Shown: positions 23,943-41,601 of the stretch, one piece after another | Position numbering within the stretch: position 1 is the first letter of the stretch | Layout of the letters: each line of letters begins with the position of its first letter | DNA from: Trichosphaerium sp. ATCC 40318 | Lineage: Eukaryota > Protista > Tubulinea | NCBI GenBank assembly: GCA_038496445.1 | Contig: JALMLS010000210.1 | Coordinates: 62,001-126,000 of the forward strand | Direction: 5' to 3' | DNA: 64,000 nucleotides | Position numbers and translations under genes: made by a program | The notes under the pieces: generated by a model | Told to the model about the DNA's origin: nothing | Seen by the model: the letters and a program-made list of their open reading frames with translations, nothing else | The model's database searches: none

Positions 23943-25013
23943 TTAACAATACAAGGCACTATTCCAGCATCCATACTCTTCTGTATTTGTGTTCCATATT
24001 TTTTCACCTGACTCGTGCTTAAACTGCAATAGAATCCACGATTTTGGTTTTTTAGTGTCCACAGGTAATAAAATACCAGGTATGCCATCTCTAGTCGTAC
24101 TTTGAAAAGTCCCGTAAAACTTAAAACTTTTCGTTTTGTCTGCCTTGATTTTAGTGGACTCCTCCTTTGAGCCCGCTTTATCGTGTATGTTTATTACGTG
24201 ATGTGTACAATGAAAGGTCACGTGAGGCCCTTCCATTGTGCACGTGCCTTTGTGAACTACATCAGTGTAGCTTTCGGTACCATAGTAACTATAATCGTTC
24301 TTGTAGACATACTCAAAAGTGTACTTATTTTTCGTTATTTTGAAAGTGAGTCTGTAAGAAAATTTATCTTCTCCGTACTTTAAAGGTTTGACAATAACTT
24401 TAAAGTACGTACCAATACGGTCTACAGTAGGAGGTAGAAATTCACCAATGTAGCGTATAAGTTCAAAAGGAAGAGTTGCAAGTGTAGGGCTATTCTTCCA
24501 AGCAAGGATCAACCAAATTCTATATTTAGAGCAACAATCATTGTCTACTTTTGGACGATGCATAGCACGCGAAATGGATATCCAAGACTCATTTTTAGCC
24601 AATTTGCCAGGTATAGAATCATGTTGAAGTGAGTGAATAAGTGCATCATGTTGTAGAACGAGGGATTCGAGCACGCGGAGTTCAGGTGTTGTGATTTTGA
24701 GGTTTAAGCCTTCTATCAAGGTTGTTGGTGTAATTTTGTCGTCTATATAGTAGTGGCTGCCCGAATTAGGTCGTTTAACGAGTTTAACGCAATTTTTATC
24801 ATCTTTTGTTGTACGAACGAAAAGAAGGCCATAATTCGCGTTTCCGAATTGTGTTATGAACATAGCGAGCCGTGTGAAGGGATTTGAGGATGACAATGCA
24901 ATTTTCAACCTAACGTAGCTGAGAAGCACGCCATTACATCCTAACTTTCCTAGCCGTTGTGAAGTCGTCAAAAACTGTTGTACACTCTGTTTTGTGGTAT
25001 CACTCCTTGACAT
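23943..25013 (-). CDS. Intronless 356-aa hypothetical protein with an internal F-box-like motif
   Basis: Long ORF containing LATLPFELIRYIGEFL. Confidence 0.7.
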   Translation of the reverse strand: MSRSDTTKQSVQQFLTTSQRLGKLGCNGVLLSYVRLKIALSSSNPFTRLAMFITQFGNANYGLLFVRTTKDDKNCVKLVKRPNSGSHYYIDDKITPTTLIEGLNLKITTPELRVLESLVLQHDALIHSLQHDSIPGKLAKNESWISISRAMHRPKVDNDCCSKYRIWLILAWKNSPTLATLPFELIRYIGEFLPPTVDRIGTYFKVIVKPLKYGEDKFSYRLTFKITKNKYTFEYVYKNDYSYYGTESYTDVVHKGTCTMEGPHVTFHCTHHVINIHDKAGSKEESTKIKADKTKSFKFYGTFQSTTRDGIPGILLPVDTKKPKSWILLQFKHESGEKIWNTNTEEYGCWNSALYC

Positions 25014-25559
25014 TTGCTGCGGTCTTTGCTGCGGTTTGAGGTGATGGAAAATACAAAACTTAACATTTTAAGTTGTTTACTGAATTACACAGAACGCACA
25101 TCAGTTAGCAAAATGCGACTAGAACGCTAAAGTACTCCACCTTTCCTGTATGTACCATGCAACAGCATACGTTACTATTCTCTGATTACATTTTCTCATG
25201 GTTACTGATAGTCTGTTGGCATTAATATGTATTCTCTGAAAAATTGTGTACCAACCTTTTTCCTACAACTAAGGCCACGTCTCTTACACGTATTCTCATC
25301 TTTCGTGTGCCCTTTAACGTTTCACTGTACATTGTCACCGAAAATACGACAGCACGTGCGCCAAAGGGACGAAAAGAAAACAACTATGTTGGAAATACAC
25401 AGAGCTATTATGGCCAAGTTCAGTTTTTGGTCCGTGATACATCGTGTAGACTATGTAAGCCACTCACAGAGTCTCATGAAGTCATAAAGAAACCTTGTTT
25501 CAATGAAAGCAAGCGAAGCACTTCTTCTTGAGGTTTGAACATACTCCAACACTCTTACC

Positions 25560-26928
25560 ATGGCAGAGTCTAAGAGCATCCTGGGCTCTATTTCTTCTTT
25601 TGACAGGTCAAAACTCTCTCGTACGACAACGAAAGTAACTAGAGGCGCTCTTGGAGCTGGTAATAACGAATTCAAGCGTAAGAGTGTATAATGGTAGCTT
25701 ATAGACGATCAAGACTTTAAAGATGATAAAACAGAGTATTTCGACACTCCCTCTGAGTTCTATACAAAGGTAAGCCCAACACTATCGTAATTGTCCAACG
25801 CAGACTCAGATAAGACGACTGGCTCAACTGATACGCGATTCCAATTACACAGTGTATTTTACAGGTGCTGGGATTAGCACAGCAGCAGATTTGCCTGGTA
25901 CACGACACTCTTAGCTTTTTTAATTCCACTTTGCTTTGCTGGTTTTTTTCTTCTTGTGAAGTGTTGTGCTTGGTGTTGTATTAAAATTTGGTAGACTACC
26001 GAAGTCCTCAAGGTGTATGGACACTGAAAGAGAAAGATAAAATGATTAAGCCTCACATAGATATTAAAAATGCAATACCAACAGCACGTGATTGTTGATT
26101 TAATTTTTTTTGTTTCAAAAGCCTTAATGGGCTTTTTTAGACAGCGCATATGGCCTTGGTTGGTCTTGAAAAAGCGGGTAAATGTCAAGCAGTAGTAACT
26201 ACAAATCTTGATGCATTGCACGTGAAAAGTGGGTTAGCAAAGGCAAATGTTTTTGAACTACATGGAAGTCGCTTGAAAGGTTATTAGACGCACACTAATT
26301 GCTCTCACTTCTAAACAACAATATGTATAGTTGCTTCAGCTGTTGGTTTTGGCTGGGATCTACCAAAAGAAGAGTTTGATGGAGCTAAAAGTCACTCATC
26401 AAAGGCTGATTTGGCAATTGTCTTAGGTTTCTTAAGTTTTTCTTATATCAAACTGCTGCTCGTTTCACTGACCATGTTTAGGGTCAAGTATGCGCGTTAA
26501 ACCAGCTTGTGAATTACCTCAGCTATGTTATAAAAAGACAAGTGGAACTGGAAAGTTAGTAATCGTTAATCTCCAAAAAACACCTTTTGATTCAGATGCT
26601 CACTTAATAATTCGTGTAAGCCAAACACTCTATTTGTTTGTTTCTCATGCTTCGTTTTTACTTATAACATATAAAAAAGGGTGAACTAGATGACGTGATG
26701 GTGCACTTGATGAAGGAACTGCATATACAGATCCCTGAGATGACAGTTGATGGCATAAAAATACCTCGGAAAGAAGTACCAGATATTGCTTTAAAGTATT
26801 CAAACAGAACGACTCGTCAAAACGTTACAACGAAGAGAGCCATACATAATTTTATTCAAAAATTTGGTGACGCTGAGTCAGAATCAGATTCAGAGTCAGA
26901 TAGCAACCAAGATGACTTTGAAGATTAA
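25560..26928 (+). CDS. Class IV (SIRT6/7-like) sirtuin with WH2/beta-thymosin-like N-terminus and no Zn module
   Basis: Spliced motifs DKTEYFD, FTGAGISTA, DYRSPQGVWT, HMAL, TTNLDALH, ELHG, ADLAIVLGSSMRV and LVIVNLQKTPFD. Confidence 0.88.
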
Positions 26929-27167
26929 AAAAAACATCCAAAAAATTACTAAAAGGAGGCTAAACATCTCATATTATCTTCACACCATTCGTCAGGATAA
27001 GAATGAAATGCTCACAATAATTTGTACAAAGGCTTTACTAGTATTGGGAAGATCTTCCATTGGCGTTATTGTGAAAAAGGTTAACATAATAACGAACATT
27101 ACAATAAGCTAAATAAAATATTTATATCTAGTTTTTATTTACAAAGTTTACACATGAGAATCAAAGT

Positions 27168-28703
27168 ATTACTGGGGTAAACCTCTAGCATACTTTACTT
27201 CTAAGCTGTTATCTATGTTGTTTGCAGGAACTCTAAATCTAGCTCTAGCACCCCTCCTACAGTAGTAAAACTTAGCAACAATAAGGCAAGCTCAATGATG
27301 GTTTGAACTATACGTACTTTTTTGAAGCACCCAAGTCTTTGAGTAGTGAATCTACATTAAAATCACCTTCTTTAGGTGATTTTTGCCAAGCATATTGCTG
27401 TGCAGGACTATTCGCTATTTTCTTAGCTGCTTCTCTTTGTGCTTTAATTTTTTCAAGTTTCTTATATTTTTCTGCATTAGCTGCCATACGTTCTCTTTCT
27501 TGTTTATACTTTTCAACATGCTGGGCTCGAAGTTCATTTTTTCTTTTCTCAAGATGTCTAACTCTCCTTGCTTCTTGTTCTTGTATCTGTCTCCTGAATT
27601 GTTCTCTTTCAGCTTCAGAATACATGACTTCTTTTTTCTCTTCAACATTGTTCTGTTGACTTGAAACACTCTGTTGTTGTCGTCTTTGTTGCTGTTTTTG
27701 AGGAGGCCTGCTAAACCTATCAACTGTCTCTATAGCTACTATACGAGAAGGTTGCCTTGGATTTTGGTTTTGTTGTGCCTTAGATGGCATGGAGGCCCGA
27801 TTTAGTATTCTTTGTTTAAGTCTTTGTTCAGCTGCAGTTATATCTGCAATAATATTATTCTCCTCAATCTCTCTATCACGTTTCTGTTTCATTACTCTCT
27901 CTTCTCGAGCTAGTCTCTCTTGTTTTAGACGTTCTAGATGCTCTCTTTTCTGCCTTGCAAGCCTATCCTTCTCTATCTGTGCCTTTCTATCTATTTCTCG
28001 TTGTTTTTTCTTCTCTTGTTGTCTTTTGATGTCAGCTATACGGTACTGCTCTGCAAGAGCTTGTTGCCTTGCAAACTCATCTTGTTGATACTTTTCTTGT
28101 TCTTGACGTATAGCATCAAGCCTTTCTTTAGCAGCCTGTTGACTTAGCTGAAAGCCTGAGATTCTCTCAGCTTGTTTTTGAGATTTTGGAGTTGTTCTGG
28201 CTTCTGGCTCACGCACGCTCACGGTACGCGTTGCTCCTCGCTTTTGTTGCGAGTAATTAGCGCTAGGAACTCGCGAAGATGTGCTGCTACCTTGTAAAAC
28301 TCTATCTATGTAGCTATCGAATTCTTCTTTAGTTTCCATGCGCTGGGAGGGAGCTCTAGCTACTGGAGTGTCATAAAACGTGTTTGACTCGAGTAGTAGA
28401 TCTAGCTCCCCGTCTAGCTCGGAGAGTATTGCGTGCGAGGTAGACGGACCTTTTACACGCGTTAGAACGGCTTTTGGTGTAAAATGCGTAACTGGGCTCC
28501 GTGTTTGGCTTGTCGTTCTCAAGATCATCTACTAAGCCATCCAACTCGTTTCGAAACTGTGAAAACCGACCAGGCGCTTTTCTACTTTCGGTACTTTGCA
28601 GCTGATAGTCCTAAACGCCTATTTAGACTCGAAATTCGCGTTTTAAGCTGTTTATTTCAAACTAGCGCACATTTCCGACGCTAAGTGTACCAACATCATC
28701 CAT
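27168..28703 (-). CDS. Coiled-coil/low-complexity protein with LD-like motifs; ends approximate
   Basis: Main ORF 27308-28528 plus inferred 5' exons (NELDGLVDDLE) and a 3' exon; long E/R/K/Q helix. Confidence 0.7.
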
Positions 28704-29201
28704 CAAACCTTCTAGTAAAGCATTTACTTGTTGAGAGAACCTAGGCTCACTTGACATTGTATTTACGTCTTTTTGGAGCTACAAAGTTGAGTCAATTTTT
28801 TTAATCACTTTCCCTGAACGACTAAAGTAGTCGCAACGATTCAACCGTTAACAACAAAAACTGAAAAATTTGTCACGTGCACTAGGCCACAAACATTTAC
28901 TAAACAATGTCAAAACGGTGCCTTGTGGTATGCTTCTTTTATACGCTGTCAAATTGATATCAGAATTAGTTGTAGCAATAAATACAAGAATTAACAAAAA
29001 GTGTTCCTTCGTCAGTTTCTAAAGCCATAGCTAAACATGTACTGTTTGTTTTGCTTCATTAAGTACTGGCGAATATTTATATATAACCAACTTAAAAGTA
29101 GTGGTTCTTCACAGTCTATAGTGCAGTGAATCAGGATGGCGTTAGAATGTAACTTTTTTTTTATTGTAACACTAGCAAATACGGAGAATAATTTTGGGTT
29201 T

Positions 29202-32200
29202 CTAGTTCATTGTGCTGTGAAGTTCACGTGCAATGCTTCCAGCATTCATCTTCATTTCTTTCAAAGTAGAAGCAAGAGCACGACTTTCTGCTTGATATTT
29301 ATCAATCTTACTGCGTGTCTTGATGAGATCATCTTCTTCTTTGTTCAGATCCTTCAAGTAACGAGCAACCAAATCTTTTGCTTGTATGTTCTCCAAACTC
29401 TTAATATTCTCTCTTAGACGCTTTTGATTAACAAATATCGTCTTAATATGTTGTTCAAAGGAGGTGATTTGTCTTTGAATCTCACTTTTCTTCGCTTGCG
29501 TTGTGATGACCTTAAAAGGAAAAAAGTAAGAAAAAAACAGGTTCGATGATTGGAGTGCTCTCAGGAGGTGTACCTCTGCTACCATTTTCAATAGTGAATC
29601 ATCCAAGAGAGGACCGCTATCTTGATCAATAGCGGATCCAGCACGCCATCTATGCAAGTCACGTGTTGTGTAACTCTCGCGCGTGACAACGCTAAGTGCA
29701 GCTTTGGTTTCTCCTTTCTTAACAATGTTCTTGACAGTTTGAAATACTTCCTTACTCAAAACACCTACACAAACATACAGTTAAAGAAAGGTTCAAAGAA
29801 GGTACAAATGAAAACTGTTAATGACATACCTTGAGCAATAAGTGGTTTTGCTTGTTGTTTGATAAATGTAGTAAGAGAAGAAACACCATTAACTACTTTA
29901 TCGTATCTAAAAAAAAAAACGTGTCAAAAAACAAGTTCAGTTTCTAATGTTTTAGCTTGTGCTCAATGTCTTTCTTCGCGTACGTTGCTTCTTCAGATAC
30001 CACGAATGTTATCTCTTCTTGTGGCTTGATAGAGAAAGCATAACGAGAAAATCCCATAACGCTCTTTACACAGTTTTCTTCAGTTGTAATAACGAAGCCA
30101 CCAAACTTAACGTCTGCGGTGTGATCAACATAGAACTTGCTGATAGTACGTTCAGTGTTGTTATTCTTGACTACGTATTTAGTCTTTTTGGTACGTCTAT
30201 GTGTAAGTCGGCAACCTACCGCACATGGTCAGCAACTATCAGAAAAAAGCGAATGACGTTATCTGAAAAAAATCTTTGACAAAGCGCTCTTACCTGTTGG
30301 AATCTTATCGCCGGCCAAGTTTTCTGCACTTAAAATCACTACACTCTCACAAATATCGCTTTGCAATTTTGAAGGATTTGTCTAGAACAGTACTTAGCGA
30401 ATCAAAGCTAAAACACGAATGGCTAAGAAAAAAGTTATATTATGGCGTACCTTGGTTACACTAACGGTTGTATCCATACCGTACTGTACAAGTGCGTCAT
30501 CACCAGGTACCATAGGTGTAAACTCATTTTGGGCAACAAAGCGACCACCTTCAAGTACAGAAATGCTTCCAGGAGCAAGAACCATTCCAGTGTTGTTTAC
30601 GAGATGTACTGCACGAATAGCATTGATTTGGCTCTCTTTTGGGTCATACACAAGGACACAAGATCCATCAATATCCAATGAAGCGATAGGAACAAGTGCA
30701 CTAGACTTGCTTCGGATTCTATAACAACAATAATTAAAACTCGACCTTCAAAAGCGAAGAAACGACTTCGAGCCAAAAAACAACTTTTCAGAAATGATTT
30801 TTCTTCGAAAAAGAACATGCACGACAACAATAAGTCAACTTCGAAGAATGAAAAGGTAAGCACGTACGATACTGGTGTTTTGATTGAATAAACAACATGT
30901 TCAGCAATGCCACTTAGCTGTAAGCTATCCAAAGACTCAAAATCTTGATCATCATTTGCAGCTTTTCTGGAACCTCCATCACCACGAAGACGAAGGACGA
31001 GGTGAAGTGTTGATTCTTTTTGAATATTGTAGTCTGATAAAGTGCGTCCATCCTCAAGCTGTTTACCAGCGAAAATCAAACGTTGTTGATCTGGAGGAAT
31101 GCCTTCTTTGTCTTGAATCTTTTGTTTTACATTTGCCACTCTGTCGCTTGGACTGACGTCCAATGTTACAGTCTTACCAGTGAGCGTCTTTACAAAAAGT
31201 TGCATACCACCACCGCCACCGTATGAAGATGTCTTGGCTTGCATTTTCTTGGTTTGGGTGTTAGATTGATTAGACATGAGCTCAAGTTCATTTGCGACGA
31301 GTTTCAATGAAATGTCAAGCCAGTCTTCATGAGTTGGGTTCTGAACAATGTCAGTACGATTATATAAACGGAGATGCTCTGAAAAGCGCGTGTGATACGT
31401 ACATTAACTTGTCCAAAGATAGATAAAGGATGTTTGGATTGTTTAGTAGCTTCTTCAGCAGCAGGAACTTCAATACGGTACGAGCACTTCCACTCTTTTG
31501 CTTCTTCGATGTACGAAGCCCATACATTGTTATCTTGTTCCTTTTTCTTTTCTTTCGCGCCTTCATTACCAGAAACACGAACAAGAATTTGGGTCTTTCC
31601 AGTAGCATGCTAAACACGTGGGTGAGTTTTTTACGGATTTTATGGATTCTGTGGATTTTTATGGATTTTTATGTTAAAACGTACTTCAACTGGTCTTTTT
31701 GCTGTGAATTGCTTTGTGAGGAATAGTTCTAGCTCTTTTTGGAGCTTTTGATCAAGCATTGCAATAGTTACGACGTCTCTCAAACGAACGCTTCTTATGA
31801 CAGTAGATTCCTTCTCGGAGCATGCCATACGCAGAATATAACCGTCTTCAGTGGTTGCTACCCTTTAAAGAAGAGATTTAAGAAAAAACGACTCGACAGT
31901 TTTAAAAATAAAACGTACCCGTTGTTACATGGTACAGTGAACTTGTGAGACTCTACAAGCAATACTTTGCCGCTAAAATTATCAGTTGAAGTGCTTATCT
32001 TTACAGAGCATCCAACACAAGATCTGAGGAAAGCTATAAACGTATTGTTAGACACAACGAAGAAAGTTTAGTCAAAAACGCCGAAAAACGGTTTAATAGT
32101 TGATCAAGTGGTGGTTGTGTACCATTCAAGTTAGTGGCGTGGCTGAATCTATAATTGTGTGTTAATAAGACGGCTTTTGGAGTTTATAATTAGGAGCATA

Positions 32201-32492
32201 CCTGTAAGTCTCTGTGACCACTTTACGTGTATCTCTGGATGCAGCATCGGCTAAATCAGTATCGTAGCTAAAAGCGATTAGGCGATAAAAATAAAAGCAA
32301 TCAAATGTACCTAATGGTTACTTCACCAGGAGCGTGTACGCTCAGAGTGTCTACAATGAGCTGTTTTCTCGCTATTGGTACAGATAGACTATACTCATTC
32401 TTATCTTCACTAGACAACGCTGCTTCTCTCTCAAAATAAGCCAAGTCGTTCTTGTAGATAGTTACACGCTTTAAATCAAGATTTGATGTCAT
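29202..32492 (-). CDS. DUF4140/DUF4139 family protein with an internal ubiquitin domain
   Basis: N-terminus [16 protein letters not shown]; [20 protein letters not shown]; [19 protein letters not shown]; C-terminal coiled coil [12 protein letters not shown]. Ubiquitin at 31205-30978. Confidence 0.85.
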
Positions 32493-33262
32493 TTCCGGTT
32501 AAGATTTTTGTGTTATGTTTAAAGACTCTGACAACTATCAGTATTGCATTCTCTTAATAGAATACTTCTCACTTAATTGTACCAACTAGATCATCCACCA
32601 ATTGACTATATATGTGTAAGATTGTTTCGTTTTCCTGTTTGCAACTAATATGTGCACACGTGTCTTTTTTTTTTTTGTTCAACTTTTTTTTTCAACTTTT
32701 TTTTACATGCACGACTTTCCCTTCCTTGAACGCCTTTATACCACATGTACTTCTGTCCAGCTTACAATCACTTTGTTGTACATCTAATATGTAGACACTC
32801 TTATTCCAAAAGCTTGAGACGGACTGAGGAAGAAAAACTTCATAACACAATTTTGTATAGCAGGCTTTCATACACTATTACGCGATCCAGTACCTAACTC
32901 CATACCGCGTTCGCCAGATCAAAACAACTATTTATTAAGGGAAAGCTTTCGGTATATAGGGTAGCTCCTACACCGATGGCAATAGATTTATGGATACTTG
33001 CAAGCAGGTACAAAAACATACAATACATATGAATAAGAATGATTGAAGTTAGAGCTTATTTGCCTGCTTTTGATATCTATGGTGGCATAAATGCACATTG
33101 TTATATCACGCCACTCGAAACAAGTACCAAAGTCTGTTAGTACGTTTTTTAATAGCATTAACGAACAGTTCTGCTAGCTATCAAATTCGGCACTATACCT
33201 TTTCTTTGTGGAGTGGAGGGAGACTCACGTTGTCGGGTAGTGCTATGACAACAAAATCGATA

Positions 33263-33451
33263 TTGTGGTGGTACGTTGCAAGCAACAGTACTCCACTAAC
33301 TCATCCGGCAAGATGAGATTAATACCACAAATCCCATGTATAAAAATTTGTACGTTCTAACGCCATTTCGGCGTTGAAGAAGAACATGGTAATACTACAC
33401 TTGATGAACCGCAAAAAGGAAACCATTTGGTTGCACTACAAGAGAAGTGAT
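33263..33451 (-). ncRNA. Candidate structured RNA with U2 snRNA-like motifs
   Basis: Colinear ATCACTTCTC, CCTTTTTG, ATCAAGTGTAGTAT and TGTTCTT, then a hairpin, Sm-like AATTTTTA and two 3' hairpins; intergenic. Confidence 0.4.
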
Positions 33452-33855
33452 TGCACCTCGCGGGACAGGGTTGAATTTTAGTCAAAAAATCGAATTTTAG
33501 TTTTCTCCAACACGTTCCTAAAAGTTGTGGGAAAAACTTGATAGATACAATATTGACAAAGCGTTAAAAAGTGGTACAACACTGATCTCAGATTTGTAAC
33601 CAACATACAAGTGTATCATCATTTGACAATCTCGTTGACTTGTCAAACAATTCACTGAAAACCCGCACTCGTTGAGTGGTTACCTCTGAGCGATGGTACA
33701 CTTTTCAGAAAAAAGTAAAGCGCACTGTAGAGCAAAGGAAATAATAAACTCTGATTTGTGGAAAGAACTTAGTTCGATAGAATAATGTGACAATTTTTTT
33801 TTTACAACAATATTTGTTTTTTTCTTATTTTTCGTTTTCTTTTCTTCCATCAATC

Positions 33856-39869
<6,014 letters not shown>

Positions 39870-40616
39870 ACGAGGTGTTTAAAGTTAACAACAGATAAAA
39901 GCCGCCAAGTCAACAGTGACTTAATAGGTACGCGAAACTGCATTGAAACGCTTTGGTACGCCATGAACACTAGCCAAGATACTAATCAACCGGTTTTTAA
40001 CTGGATTTAAGAAATTAAGCCGGAACAAAAAGTTCACTTTGAGCAGTAATGTCACGGTACATCGTACATGAAAATAGGGAGAATGAAACAAATAGTCAAC
40101 AAAAATAAAACCAAAAAAGAATAATTGCACGTGATAAAAGTATCCAAGACAATGTGTATCGATCTAACCTTTGGGAAGCGAGCATAAATAGCCATAACTA
40201 ACATAGACAGTACAATAGACTCACAAATGTAACAAAAATAACGTGCAAGTAAAGAATGGAAAAACGATTTTTATTTATAAGGTGACGCTACAGAATAACC
40301 TGTTACGTGTCACAATATCTATCATATAGCTTTAAACATACATACATAACTACAAATCGTGCCTCGCATCTTGCACTCGCGATATCGCGTACACGCAATC
40401 GGGAAACGAAAACACCCAAAAAGCACAGAAAAGTACAAAAATCAAAAAAAAGTAGGTACCTGAGGTTCATCCCCAACGCAAAACCAAAGGGTCACCCATT
40501 AAAAACGCAAAATTGCAGAAATACATACTAAAAAAACCATTTGGTTCCATCCAAAACCAAACAGATCCACAAAGAAAAAACTCGCAAATAAATAAATTAA
40601 AAAAACTCCTCTCGTT

Positions 40617-41601
40617 TTAGGAGTGTCCTAACCCGTACATCTCTACGCCACCCTGAGTCGACGACAGACTAACGAATGGATGCTCCATTAGTTCTGAAGC
40701 GCTACTAGGTCCGTCTCCAGGGTGAAGGCAAGCCTTCACAAAGTCCAACATAAATTCTTCCTCTGGTGTAATAGGGTCGGAGAATCGTTCGAGAAACTTG
40801 TTCTCAACCCGTTTACAAATGCAATTGTTAGCTGCAAAAGTACTCGCACCAGATATCTCGCACGGCCTGAAAGCATCATCGCCGAGTGCAAGTCGCATGG
40901 TTGTCATACCAAGCGAGAATATGTCAGACTCCATCGTGTACCCTTCCTCCTGCACGGAAGGTGATACAAATCCAGGAGTGCCCTGAAATTCGGTTATCTT
41001 TTTAGTATCACGTAGATACCCAGAAAGCCCGAAATCAGCGAGCTGAATCTCCCATAGAGGGAACACCAAAATATTCGATGGTGTAACGTTGTTATGCAAG
41101 GCACCCTCACCGTGTAGCCCAGCTATTGCAGACAGAGCACCTGCAACTACCAATGCCACAGTTTCGGTGGAAGGATTACCCAACAGTTCCAATGCTGATC
41201 CATCTGCTCTCGGCATCGTTAGAACGGCCTTGTGGTTATGGCGCGTAAATGAAACGGGTTTTACGATGCCAGCACATTGAAGGTCGTTCGCAAAGTGGTA
41301 TTCGCGCTCCTAGAGAAACTGGGTAAGTATTCAACACGTTTGGATTAAAAAAAAAATAGAGTAAGCTTACCAATGCTTTGGCATCGTCTGCAAATGATGT
41401 GGCATTCGCGCCGTCTCTATATATGACCTTTAGAGCAAAATGCTCCTCTGTATCATTTCGTCGCTTTGTTACTACACGACACCTATCACCAATTCCCAGC
41501 ACATTATGAGAAGATATCGAGCTACGTTGTCTACTTCTTTGTGAAAACCTTCTACAGGTCTTACGAGCGAAGCGAGCAATGGAACGAAATAAATTGGACA
41601 T
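40617..41601 (-). CDS. Protein kinase-fold protein, probable pseudokinase
   Basis: FALKVI, LADFG, GTPGF and SDIFSLG are present; the catalytic loop reads HNNVTPSN. Confidence 0.8.

Noticed and set aside
27303-28147. Several plus-strand Phe/Leu/Ser-rich ORFs
   Set aside because: Antisense shadows of the K/E/R-rich minus-strand gene. The same applies to 35642-36265, 57274-57681 and 9062-9295.
30978-31205. Stand-alone ubiquitin gene
   Set aside because: In frame with DUF4139 sequence on both sides, with no terminal GG or stop.
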